A DNA stretch of 64,000 bases from Minisyncoccota bacterium (GCA_041661645.1 JBAZUA010000003.1:86841-150840), one strand, 5' to 3'. Positions 36,358 through 46,301 are shown, counted from the first letter of the stretch. Numbers and translations are program-made. Notes: generated by a model from the sequence alone, not told the origin.

Positions 36358-39295
36358 AAGTGCACGCACCATAGCCTTCACCATCGTCTTTGCTGTTGGC
36401 GCATTTGGCTTTTTAAATGATGTTTTTGCGGATACCATCGTTACGGGTCAGTTAAATTCTGACACGACATGGACGAAGGAGGGAAGTCCCTACATCGTAG
36501 GGACATATCGGGTCAATAAGGGCGTCACCCTCACCATTGAGCCCGGTGTCACCGTTGGCTTCGGCACCGGGATGCCCTCCCTTGATGTATATGGAAGTCT
36601 TATTGCGCATGGCACTTCCGCCGAGCCAATAACCATCGCCTATACCTATCAACAGGCCTATATTCTTCAAATCCAAGTCTTCGGGGGAGTCATGGATTTG
36701 TCGTATCTCACAATCTCGGGTTTTGCCAGCCTGTCTGGACTAAACGGGGCGCATATCAGTTTTGATCATGTGAAATCGATTGATTTTCAGATATTCGTGT
36801 CCGCCTCCTCTCTCGTGATGAATGATTCGGTGTGTTTAAACACCGGACATCCTGTGACCATCCGTGTGGCCGTGAACAAGGGCGTGATCCCTACTGTGCT
36901 TATTCGAAATTCGGTTATCTTGGGAAAGAGATATTATGCCCTTTCTGCTGACTCTGGAGCTGCGGTTGATGTGAGAAATAACTTTTGGGGTGACGTATCT
37001 GGTCCCTACCACTCTGTCTTTAACAAGACTGGAAAGGGGGACCCTATCTCTGGCAATGTTGATTTCTCCCCATGGCTTTCCAGGGACCCTTTCGCATGCT
37101 GTTCAAGCGTCCTTTTCCTTCCGGGCTTCGAGGGCAGTCGGCTCTATGTGTCAGATGATCCATCGAGCACCAGTACCTCGTCCGGCGATAACAGGATTTG
37201 GGAGCCAAACCGCGATAAGGACATTGAATCGCTTGGCCTTACCCCTTCTGGCGCGAGTGCGAATAGGGTGTACTCAAAGATTGGGGATATCATCGACGAG
37301 GCGTATGTTTCTCTCGCGGGACCCAACATATACAAGTCATTTATGGCTGATATGAATGATCTCGTCGCCACGGGTACCGTAAAGAGTTGGCTCCCGGCCG
37401 CATACGATTGGAGGCTTTCTCTGGATCAGTTGCTTAATATGGGGAACGCGTCATCGAGCGGTTTGATTTCGTATCTTGATTCAACATCTACTCCGTATCT
37501 GGTCCAGGAGTTCTATAAGCTCGCCCGCGAGTCAAAGACCGGCAGGGTGAGCATCGTGGCCCATTCAAACGGCGGCCTTCTTGCCAAGGCTTTGGTGTCG
37601 TATGTCGAGAGTCGCGGGGATGCGGATCTCGTGGACAAGATACTGTTCGTGGCCGTGCCCCAGGTGGGAACCCCTCATGCGATCGGGGCGTTGCTGCATG
37701 GCTTCAAGGAGGGGATATGGCCCTTTACCTCGCCGCAGGCAATGCGTCGACTTGGTCAGAATATGCCGGGCGCATACAATCTTTTGCCGTCGCTTCGATA
37801 CGCTGACTTCGTCTCTAGCCCCATCATCAGTTTTTCGTCGGCCACATCATCGCCATTGCTTGTAGATATGCATGACGCGTATGGCGATGGCATCAGACTT
37901 TTTTCATCCCTCGTAGGTTTCTTGAAGGGCAGCGAGGGCAGGCGGGCGCCCACCTACGCTGACCTGTCTGCGCCCGAGATCCTCAGCCCGTCGCTTCTCG
38001 ATAGCGCGTCCACTACGCATGCGGTTCTTGATGCCTGGATTCCATCACCGAGCTCTGAACTGTTTGAGATCGCGGGCAGGGGCCTCGACACTGTTTCGGG
38101 AATTGAATATTACGAGGGAAGGAAGGGCAGGAAGAAGGCGCTTCTCTATAGGCCGATTTTTTCCTCTGATGGTGATGGCACCGTCATGCTCTCGAGCGCC
38201 TGGGCAACACCCTCGACCGAGAATGTCCATAGATACTGGGTTGACCTCAAGCTCGCGAGCGCGGGACTTAATCGCAATCGGGACCATTCGAACATTCTTG
38301 AGGTCGACGATTTGAGGGACTTCATAAAGGAGATACTTTCCGAGGCTCCCCATGCCATACGTCATCGGGCGCAGGTTGCCGATGCCTCAGTCGTGCCCAA
38401 GAAGCCATTTCAGAAAACCACTCGCGTTTTGCTGCATTCTCCCGATGCTTCTCTGGGCGTTAATGACAGCCAGGGGAGGCATACCGGAAGGTCATCATCT
38501 GGATTCGTCGAGACGCAGATTCCCGGCAGCCAGTATCAGGAGCTTGGCGATGTCACATATGTGAGCATCCCTGATTCCCCGTCATCGGATGGTCCCGCTC
38601 CCGTCATCCAGATAACGTCAGGTTCCACAACCTCCTCGATGTCTGATTCGGCCTTTTCGGTCGATGTCGAGCGGGCCACGGATGACGATGTTGCCACCTC
38701 GTCTACCTTTGAGGACGTGGTGGTTCCGCCCGGCGGTACCCTGACCATTGTGCCTATTTCAGATGCGTCTTCATCGACGGTCCCCGTCCTCCAGATAGAC
38801 GATAACGGTGATGGTACGGTCGATAGGGAGGTGTTGCCGGGCGCGCCTATTCCCGAACCTGTGTCCGCGTCAGAACCCGAACCAGGGGTGGAACTAGAAC
38901 ATGTGCCCGAATTTGGCGCCCGTCATCTGTCATCGAGTGGCGGAAGGTCTTCGGCCCGATCATCTGTGCGCGTCACTTTGCCGACCCCGTCTCCCTCATC
39001 GACTGAGTCGTTTTCAATAGCCACGACACAGGCCGCCTCTGCGACTGAGACTTTACCCATGATCGTTAATCACGCGTCGCTCAAAGACGCATCATTGGAA
39101 ATTGCCGACAAGGAGGTTCCTCCCGGGGCAGGGCATCGGTCGACCAACCTGGCGGCGGCATATATCAGCGTGGCCACGACAGCGACCTCGGCCGCGGCTT
39201 CGGGCCCGAGGGCGAGCCTTTCCCTCATCTCGGCTTTTCTCGTCGCCCTTGCCATCCTCTGGCTCTTGTCTTGCAAAATATCGAAATCCAGGTAA
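36350..39295 (+). CDS. large secreted protein: N-terminal right-handed beta-helix-like domain, LCAT-like (PF02450-type) phospholipase/acyltransferase alpha/beta-hydrolase domain, Ser/Pro-rich stalk and C-terminal membrane anchor
   Basis: Signal peptide; beta-helix-like repeats (GVTLTIEPGVTVGFG); LCAT-family hallmarks AAYDWRLS and nucleophile elbow VAHSNGG; C-terminal hydrophobic helix plus KISKSR; start ATG overlaps the upstream stop (ATGAGTAA). Confidence 0.6.
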   Translation: MSKSARTIAFTIVFAVGAFGFLNDVFADTIVTGQLNSDTTWTKEGSPYIVGTYRVNKGVTLTIEPGVTVGFGTGMPSLDVYGSLIAHGTSAEPITIAYTYQQAYILQIQVFGGVMDLSYLTISGFASLSGLNGAHISFDHVKSIDFQIFVSASSLVMNDSVCLNTGHPVTIRVAVNKGVIPTVLIRNSVILGKRYYALSADSGAAVDVRNNFWGDVSGPYHSVFNKTGKGDPISGNVDFSPWLSRDPFACCSSVLFLPGFEGSRLYVSDDPSSTSTSSGDNRIWEPNRDKDIESLGLTPSGASANRVYSKIGDIIDEAYVSLAGPNIYKSFMADMNDLVATGTVKSWLPAAYDWRLSLDQLLNMGNASSSGLISYLDSTSTPYLVQEFYKLARESKTGRVSIVAHSNGGLLAKALVSYVESRGDADLVDKILFVAVPQVGTPHAIGALLHGFKEGIWPFTSPQAMRRLGQNMPGAYNLLPSLRYADFVSSPIISFSSATSSPLLVDMHDAYGDGIRLFSSLVGFLKGSEGRRAPTYADLSAPEILSPSLLDSASTTHAVLDAWIPSPSSELFEIAGRGLDTVSGIEYYEGRKGRKKALLYRPIFSSDGDGTVMLSSAWATPSTENVHRYWVDLKLASAGLNRNRDHSNILEVDDLRDFIKEILSEAPHAIRHRAQVADASVVPKKPFQKTTRVLLHSPDASLGVNDSQGRHTGRSSSGFVETQIPGSQYQELGDVTYVSIPDSPSSDGPAPVIQITSGSTTSSMSDSAFSVDVERATDDDVATSSTFEDVVVPPGGTLTIVPISDASSSTVPVLQIDDNGDGTVDREVLPGAPIPEPVSASEPEPGVELEHVPEFGARHLSSSGGRSSARSSVRVTLPTPSPSSTESFSIATTQAASATETLPMIVNHASLKDASLEIADKEVPPGAGHRSTNLAAAYISVATTATSAAASGPRASLSLISAFLVALAILWLLSCKISKSR

Positions 39296-39466
39296 TATCA
39301 GTATTCAAAGGCCGGAGAAAGCAGGCGACTCGCGAGAGTCCTAATCCCGAAAGGGCAAGCCTGCCGAGGTCGAAACGCATGTCGCAAGGCATGTCGTCTC
39401 TACTCCAATTCCGGCCCACCGCAAGGTGGCCGGGCCTTTTATTATTAGCGGCTTATCCAACATCAT
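39296..39466 (+). promoter_or_regulatory. candidate ribosomal protein L10 leader (autoregulatory 5' UTR of rplJL)
   Basis: 170-nt structured untranslated region directly upstream of rplJ with the hairpin GGCCCACCgcaaGGTGGCCGGGCC; location-based inference. Confidence 0.3.
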
Positions 39467-39958
39467 ATGGCCATAAGCAAGGACAAGAAGAAGGTAATTC
39501 TCGAAGGTCTCCGAACCATCCTCAAGGATGCGTCAACGGTAGTCTTCGTGAACTTCAAGGGACTCAAGGTGAACGACGCGGTCAAGCTCCGCAAGGACTT
39601 GAAGAAGCAGGGCGTCGGATACACTGTCGCCAAGAAGACTCTCATGGGCATCGCCTTGGGCGAGCAGAAAGTCGAGGGCGCACAGCCGGATCTAGCAGGC
39701 GAGGTGGCGATTGCCTACGGCAAGGACCAGATCGCGCCGGCTCGAGAGATCCACGAGTTCGCGAAGAAGAACAAGGGAGTCATGACGATCATCGGAGGCG
39801 TGTTCGACGGCAAGTTCGTCGACGCAAACAAGATGATCTCGATCGCATCGATCCCATCGATGCAGACCCTCAGGGCTCAGTTCGTCAATCTCATCAATTC
39901 CCCTATACAGGGATTTGTCATGGCGGCGAGCGAGATAGCGAAGAAGAAACAGCAGTAA
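39467..39958 (+). CDS. rplJ: 50S ribosomal protein L10
   Basis: MAISKDKKK..VILEGLRTILKDASTVVFVNFKGLKVNDAVKLRK.L...GV.Y.V.K.TL. Confidence 0.9.
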   Translation: MAISKDKKKVILEGLRTILKDASTVVFVNFKGLKVNDAVKLRKDLKKQGVGYTVAKKTLMGIALGEQKVEGAQPDLAGEVAIAYGKDQIAPAREIHEFAKKNKGVMTIIGGVFDGKFVDANKMISIASIPSMQTLRAQFVNLINSPIQGFVMAASEIAKKKQQ

Positions 39959-39986
39959 CACTTATCAGCGGTACTATTAAAAAACT

Positions 39987-40358
39987 ATGGAAACCCCAGC
40001 AAAGTTCAAGTCAATCGTCGAGGCAATCGAGACCATGTCAGTTCTCGACCTCCACGAGCTCGTAAAGCACCTCGAGGAGAAGTTCGGCGTCTCGGCAGCG
40101 GCAGTCGCGGTTGCGGCTCCTGCGGCAGCGGCGGCGGGCGAGGAGAAGTCTACCTTCACGGTAGAGCTCACCGACGGCGGCGCATCGAAGATCAGCGTTA
40201 TCAAGGTTGTTAAGGAGGCTCTCGGTCTCGGACTCAAGGAGGCAAAGGATCTCGTTGACGGCGCTCCAAAGGTTCTCAAGGAGGGAGTCAAGAAGGAGGA
40301 CGCTGACAAGCTCAAGAAGGACATCGAGGCGGCAGGCGGAAAGGTCACCCTCAAGTAA
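39987..40358 (+). CDS. rplL: 50S ribosomal protein L7/L12
   Basis: N-terminal dimerisation helix, Ala-rich hinge [16 protein letters not shown]-terminal domain [48 protein letters not shown]. Confidence 0.95.
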   Translation: METPAKFKSIVEAIETMSVLDLHELVKHLEEKFGVSAAAVAVAAPAAAAAGEEKSTFTVELTDGGASKISVIKVVKEALGLGLKEAKDLVDGAPKVLKEGVKKEDADKLKKDIEAAGGKVTLK

Positions 40359-40381
40359 ATCTGTCCCCAGGACACGTTTCG

Positions 40382-40412
40382 AAGGCGCCCCGCTTGGGGC
40401 GCTTTTGTTTTG
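40382..40412 (+). terminator. rho-independent terminator after rplL
   Basis: AAGGCGCCCCgcttGGGGCGCTTTTGTTTT. Confidence 0.8.
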
Positions 40413-40447
40413 TGGTATACTCCATTTTACCTATAAACAGAAACACC

Positions 40448-41041
40448 ATGGATACCCTTTCAAGACTTTTCGGTACGGAGCTGCGAGTGAAGATGATGAG
40501 GCTGTTTCTTTTCAACGCCGACGTCGCCTTCGATGTCGAGCAGCTCGAGAAGAAGATGCTCTCGAGGAAGAAGGCCGTGCTCAGGGAGACGGCGTTCCTC
40601 AAGAAGGCCGGTTTGGTCAGGGAGGTCAAGAAGGTTACCGAGTCAAAGAAGAGGGTCAAGGCATTCATCCTCGATCCCAAGTTTGAGTTCACAGACGCCC
40701 TCATGGAGTTCTTCGTGCGCACCCATTCCCTCGAGCACAAGGCCATGGTCAGGAAGATAGAGAAGTCAGGTAAGGTCAAGCTCATTCTCGTCTCGGGCAT
40801 ATTCACCCGTGACACTGAGAGCCGACTCGACCTCTTCGTGGTGGGGGATAACATAAAGACTGCGTCCATAGATCGCATCGTCAAGGGCATTGAGTCTGAT
40901 ATGGGCAAGGACATACGCTATGCCGTGCTTTCGGCCCCCGACTTTGCCTACAGGATGGGCATGAACGACAAGCTCGTTCGCGACATATTCGAGTATCCAT
41001 ACAAGCTTTTGGTGGACAAGCTCGGGGTGGGAAAGGCATAG
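40448..41041 (+). CDS. hypothetical protein (possible wHTH N-terminus)
   Basis: 197-aa ORF starting at an aacaccATG; basic, helix-rich N-terminal ~70 aa; no confident domain. Confidence 0.4.
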   Translation: MDTLSRLFGTELRVKMMRLFLFNADVAFDVEQLEKKMLSRKKAVLRETAFLKKAGLVREVKKVTESKKRVKAFILDPKFEFTDALMEFFVRTHSLEHKAMVRKIEKSGKVKLILVSGIFTRDTESRLDLFVVGDNIKTASIDRIVKGIESDMGKDIRYAVLSAPDFAYRMGMNDKLVRDIFEYPYKLLVDKLGVGKA

Positions 41042-41100
41042 GAAGGTGGTATAATTAGGAGGTAGGGTTTTACAAGCAACTTACTCTTAATCTACACATT

Positions 41101-41799
41101 ATGGTATTGCAAACGTGGGGAAGCACGATCACGGGATCATTTGAGGGCATCTGGGCCGGAGCCATTTCCTTCCTTCCTAACTTCATCGTGGCCGTCGTCA
41201 TCTTTATCATCGGCTGGATCATCGCTACTCTTATCGGCAAGGTCATCGCCCAGCTCATTAAGGCCCTCAAGCTTGATCACGCCCTCGAGCAGGCCGGATT
41301 CGGTGCAGTCGTAAAGCGCGCCGGATTTACCCTCGACTCAGGTGCCTTCATCGGTGGCCTCGTCAAGTGGTTTGTCATCGTTGCCTTCCTCGTCGCCTCG
41401 TTCGAGGTTCTCGGGCTCAATCAGGTCAATGTCTTCCTCCAGAGCGTCGTCCTCCTCTATCTGCCTCAGGTGATAGTCGCGGTACTCATACTCTTGGTCG
41501 CCATTGTTATCGCTGACGTCGTCCGAAAGTTCATTGTCGGCGCCGCTCGAGCCGCAGGCGTCAAGTCTGCTAATTTCCTCGGCACCATTACCAAGTGGGC
41601 CATCTGGATCTTCGCTCTTCTTGCGGCCCTCGTGCAGCTCGGCATTGCGGTTGGATTCATCCAGACTCTCTTCACCGGCGTCGTCGTAGCCCTTTCTCTC
41701 GCGTTCGGACTCGCGTTCGGACTCGGAGGTCAGGAGGCGGCAGCCCGCTCGATCGAGAAGATCAAGCAGGAGATCGCGGACCATCAGCATCACGAATAG
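41101..41799 (+). CDS. membrane protein with tandem conserved-TM-helix repeats (MscS-associated TM_helix type)
   Basis: Two internal repeats (IGKVIAQLIKALKLDHALEQAGF / VVRKFIVGAARAAGVKSANFLG), each following a TM helix; 6 predicted TM segments. Confidence 0.45.
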   Translation: MVLQTWGSTITGSFEGIWAGAISFLPNFIVAVVIFIIGWIIATLIGKVIAQLIKALKLDHALEQAGFGAVVKRAGFTLDSGAFIGGLVKWFVIVAFLVASFEVLGLNQVNVFLQSVVLLYLPQVIVAVLILLVAIVIADVVRKFIVGAARAAGVKSANFLGTITKWAIWIFALLAALVQLGIAVGFIQTLFTGVVVALSLAFGLAFGLGGQEAAARSIEKIKQEIADHQHHE

Positions 41800-41830
41800 T
41801 CTTTCCCGAAAGGGGAGTTGGTCCCGGTGA

Positions 41831-41866
41831 GAAAAGAACGCCTCAATCAATTGAGGCGTTCTTTTC
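41831..41866 (+). terminator. rho-independent terminator
   Basis: GAAAAGAACGCCTCAatcaatTGAGGCGTTCTTTTC. Confidence 0.8.
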
Positions 41867-41964
41867 ATTTTAGACAGCGTCCCATTTGAGCCTTTATTTA
41901 AGAGCCTTTTAAACGAGCCAACATACTTTCGTGAGGGAAAAGCCTTGAATCGTCCCCGAATCCT

Positions 41965-41992
41965 TGACTATTAAACAGCCCTGAGTATACTT
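41965..41992 (+). promoter_or_regulatory. candidate 23S-5S rRNA operon promoter (TTGACT-16-TATACT)
   Basis: Spacer shares the motif AAcAGCCCTGaGTATAcT with the 16S promoter (AAAGCCCTGTGTATAAT). Confidence 0.5.
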
Positions 41993-42885
41993 ATCTCTAT
42001 TCCGATTATGTTAAACCCTCAATCAAAAGCGGACTAGATAAGACCAGTTTCTGGCCTTGTTTAAGTACCGCTCAGACCGAGCGGTTTTTAATTTTCGGGA
42101 GGTGCTGTTATTTGAAATACGAACCCCGTCCCACTAGTCTTCCGCCCTCAAAAGCGGATGGTCTTTTCAAGAGTGGAGACGACTACATTCGTACGTTAGA
42201 TCGTGCGGATGTAAAACCTGCATCTTTCTCCCAGGAAGAGAGGATGCAGTGCAACAGGTAAAAATTAAATTGTATGAGTGTTCGTTGTAAGCGAACACTC
42301 TCATTGAGAATGAGTTTAAGTGGTTTTTAAATTTCCTAATAGGAAATTTAAGAGCATATGGTGGATGCCTTGGCTTCTGAGAAGCGATGAAGGACGTTGC
42401 GTAGCGACGATATGTTCGGGGAGCTGCCGAGCGAGCTTTGATCCGAACGTTTCCGAATGAGGAAACTCCATGTCGAGTGATCGACATGACCTTGGCCTTT
42501 ATGGTCAAGGAGCATACCCTGGGAAGTAAAACATTTCAGTACCAGGAGGAAGAGAAAACAATGTCCGCGTACTGCGGACGATATTTCCTTAGTAGTGGCG
42601 AGCGAAAGGGAAAGAGCCCAAACCTAGTCTTAATCGTGCGGTATGTCGCAAGACGTGCAGCGCGATTAAGACTGGGGGTTGTAAGATGATGATGTCACTA
42701 TTTATAGTGGAAAGAGTTACAAAATGTTTTGTTAGCAGAATTGGCTGGAAAGCCAGACCCTAGTGAGTGATAGTCTCGTATGCGAAAATAAAACATCTCT
42801 TTTATTGTCATTCTTGAGTACCCCAGGACACGAAAAGCTTGGGGGAATCTACCGGAACTAACCGGTAAGGCTAAATATTCCAGAA

Positions 42886-42918
<33 letters not shown>

Positions 42919-43505
42919 CGAAAAGAACCCCGGAGAGGGGAGTGAAATAGACCTGAAACCATATGCTTACAAGGAGTCGGAGCGGTAATTTATTACCGTC
43001 ACGGCGTGCCTATTGAAGAATGAGCCAACGAGTTAATGCATGCTGCAAGGCTAAGGGCTTGAATGCCCGGAGCCGCAGGGAAACCGAGTGTGAATAGCGC
43101 GACTCAGTAGTATGTATTAGACCCGAAGCCGGGTGAGCTTGCCATGTGCAGGTTGAAGTTTGTCGAAAGACAGATGGAGGACCGAACGCTAGAGACGTGC
43201 AATACTCTGCGATGACATGTGGTATGGAGTGATAAGCTCATCGAACTCGGTAATAGCTGGTTCTCTCCGAAATATGTTTAGGCATAGCGTCGTATGTTCC
43301 CACGAGGGGTAGAGCACTGGAAGATTCTGACAGGTAGAAATACCGCAGAACCTATCAAACTCCGAATACTCGTGGTTAAAAGTACGGCAGTAAGACCGTG
43401 GGGGCTAAGCTCCACAGGTCAAAAGGGAAACAGCCCGCATCTCAATTTAAGGTCCCAAAATTCATGCTAAGTACAAGTGAGGTGGTGAATCTTCTCTGAC
43501 GGTGA

Positions 43506-43537
<32 letters not shown>

Positions 43538-44389
43538 GAAAGCGTAACAGCTCACTCACTTAGAGGGTTTGCGCCGCAGATGATCGGGGTTAAAGCATGA
43601 TACCGAAACTGAGGATTGCATCCATATTCGTATGGGTGCACTGGTAGGAGAGTATTCTACTCTGCGATGAAGGCAAAGGGGTGACCCATGCTGGAGCGTG
43701 TAGAAGTAAGAATGTTGGCACAAGTAACCACAATGCGGATGAGAAATCCGCACGCCGGAAGATTAAGGTTTCCTTCGCAATGGATTTCAGCGAAGGGTTA
43801 GTCGGGCCTAAGGGGATGGTGAAAACCGTACCTGATGGACACATGGTTAATATTCCATGACTGGCGTTTGGTGCGATGGGAGGACGGAGCACAGTATGTG
43901 TAGCCCCTTATTGGATTGGGGTTGTTGGTCTCAGGGCGATATGCGAGGAAAATCCCGCATTCTGCATTTATTTGCGAGCCTAAGGACAGACGGGAAGGCT
44001 GGGTTCGCCCAGCGGAACTACACAGAGCGAGCTTTCAAGAAAATTCTCTAAGCATAACCAAACGCTATCCGTACCGAAAACCGAAACAGGTGATCGGCTC
44101 GAGGAGAGCAAGGCGAACGAGTGAAGGTCCTTCAAGGAACTCGGCAAAAAATCAGCCGTAAGTTAGCGATAAGGCTTGCCCTCTCTTTATTGAGGGGGCC
44201 GCAGCGAAAGTATGCCTGGCGACTGTTTATCAAAAACACAGCTCCCTGCGAACTCGTAAGAGGATGTATAGGGGGTGACACTTGACCAATGCCAGAAGGT
44301 CAACCAGCGGCGTTGCCACGTATTTATACGTGGTGGTGACTGCTGTAAGCCCTGGTGAATGTCGGCGGTAACTATAACCGTCCTAAGGT

Positions 44390-44606
44390 TCTGCATCTTT
44401 CGCAAGAAGGGTGCAGAAGGACTGGGACGGTCATAGCAGTGTTAGATGAACAAGAACCTAATAGAAGTTACACAAATAGCTACCTGACATCGCAGTAATG
44501 CATTGTCAGTCCACACATGATCAACAAGAGACCAACGTCATGGATCCGAACTCGTCAATTCGTTGATGGGAGGATTAAGATAGAGTCCGACTTAGAGGAA
44601 TAGTTG
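44390..44606 (+). ncRNA. putative group I intron (217 nt) in 23S, between E. coli-equivalent U1931 and A1932 (CCUAAGGU | AGCGAAAUUCC)
   Basis: Exon sequence is contiguous with E. coli once 44390-44606 is removed; 5' exon ends in U, insert ends in G; internal AAGATAGAGTCCGAC resembles the group I J8/7-P7 3' strand. Confidence 0.5.
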
Positions 44607-45267
44607 AGCGCAATTCCTTGTCAGGTAAGTTCTGACGCGTTGAATAGTGTAACGTCTGGGCAACTGTCTCGAAGGACAGCTCGGTGAAAATACAATCCCG
44701 GTGAAGATGCCGGGTACCTGCAGTTAGACGAAAAGACCCTAGAAGCTTTACTATAGCTTGATATTGAGTATACGATTCTGATGCGTAGCATAGACGTGAG
44801 GATTTGAAGTGCGCTTTCGGGTAGCATGGATCCGCCAGTGAAATAGCGTTCTTCAGTGTTGTATATTCTAACCCCGAGGGCAAAAACCGCGGGAGACAGT
44901 ATCTGGTGGGTAGTTTTAGTGGGGCGCTATCCTCCTAAAAAGTAACGGAGGAGCCTATTAAGGTCAGTTAGCCGTGAATGGAAACCATGGCGATAGTGTA
45001 TGGGCATAAACTGGCTTAACTGTAAGACGTACATGTCGAGCAGATGCGAAAGCAGAGCTAAGTGAACCGACGGATCGCGTTAGATGCGGCCGGAGATTAT
45101 CGGACAAAAGCTACCCTAGGGATAACAGGCTCGTTCCGCCTAAGAGTTCATATCGACGGCGGAGTTCGGCACCTCGATGTCGGCTCATCTTATCCTGGGG
45201 CTGGAGAAGGTCCCAAGGGTTTGGCTGTTCGCCAATTAAAAAGGTACGTGAGCTGGGTTCAGACCGT

Positions 45268-45556
45268 TCAGAAGGTGATTGCGCATAGTCGCGCGATCAT
45301 GCACTGGACAGTCTGAATCCCTCGGACATCATGAGGAAAAAAGAGACAACAACCAATCACGGCGCCCGCAACGAGCAATCATTGCGGAGCCAGTTAACTA
45401 ATATCGGTGAAGCCCGACAGGCGCAAGCTTGGGGTAATACCGAGGGAAGCAGAGTCATATCTGCACCCGTAGAGACTACACGTTAACCTCCACATCGAAA
45501 TAATGAGATGTGGATGAAGATATAGTCCAATGCACAGAGTAATTTGTGAAAACATG
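45268..45556 (+). ncRNA. putative group I intron (289 nt) in 23S at the E. coli-equivalent L2593 site (GAACGU | CGUGAGACAG)
   Basis: Exons rejoin to GAGCTGGGTTCAGACCGT/CGTGAGACAGGTTGGTC; 5' exon ends in U, intron ends in G; contains GTAGAGACTACACG (P7 5'-like GACUA) and GAAGATATAGTCC, which matches the Tetrahymena J8/7-P7 element AAGAUAUAGUC. Confidence 0.6.
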
Positions 45557-45956
45557 CGTGAGACAGGTTGGTCTCCTATCTACTGCAGGCGTTGATTCTT
45601 GAGGAGTTTTGCTTCTAGTACGAGAGGACCGAAGTGAACGGACCGCTGGTCTGCCTGCTGTCACGCCCGTGGCAACGCAGGGTAGCTATGTCCGGAACGG
45701 ATAACCACTGAAAGCATCTAAGTGGGAAGCCGCCTCCAAGATAAGGAATCGTTTGAGGGCCCTAGGAGACTACTAGGTTGATAGGCTTTAGGTGTACACG
45801 CAGCAATGCGTTGAGCCGAGAAGTACTAATTACCCGATCTTATTAGGAAATTTATGAATCACTCATGGCGAGGGCCATGATTACTGATTCTTGATGATTT
45901 AATTATATTTGTTGCAAGTTCGTATTCCTGAAAACAGCACGATTGAATTCTGTGTT

Positions 45957-46062
45957 CTGGTGATTTAACGCGGTGGCACCACCTCTTCCCATCCCGAACA
46001 GAGAAGTTAAACGCCGTAGTGCCGATGATAGTCCTTATGGGCGAAAGTAGGTAGTCGCCAGT
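45957..46062 (+). rRNA. rrf: 5S ribosomal RNA
   Basis: GCGGTGGCACCACCTCTTCCCATCCCGAACAGAGAAGTTAAACGCCGTAGTGCCGATGATAGT...GTAGGTAGTCGCCAG; flanking processing stem GATTGAATTCTGTG / CACAGAATTCAATC. Confidence 0.85.
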
Positions 46063-46081
46063 ACACAGAATTCAATCAAAG

Positions 46082-46111
46082 AAAAAGCCGCCCGCAAGGG
46101 CGGCTTTTTCT
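46082..46111 (+). terminator. rho-independent terminator of the 23S-5S operon
   Basis: AAAAAGCCGCCCgcaaGGGCGGCTTTTTCTTT. Confidence 0.85.
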
Positions 46112-46166
46112 TTGGGTATTGTCCAAAGGGGCGGGGGAGGGCCTCTTTTAGCCTTTATGGGGTGTA

Positions 46167-46195
46167 TTGACAATATAGATAATAGGGTGTATAAT
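46167..46195 (+). promoter_or_regulatory. consensus sigma70 promoter TTGACA-17-TATAAT
   Basis: Perfect -35 and -10 hexamers with a 17-nt spacer, about 100 nt upstream of the 46302 ORF. Confidence 0.6.
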
Positions 46196-46301
46196 ATATA
46201 AGAATATAGGTCTTTGAAGCGTTTGGTTGGGGAAAGAAGGAAATGACTTAATTCCGGGCAATTGCCCAGTCGTTTCCATTAACTCCAACTAAAACAAAAC
46301 C

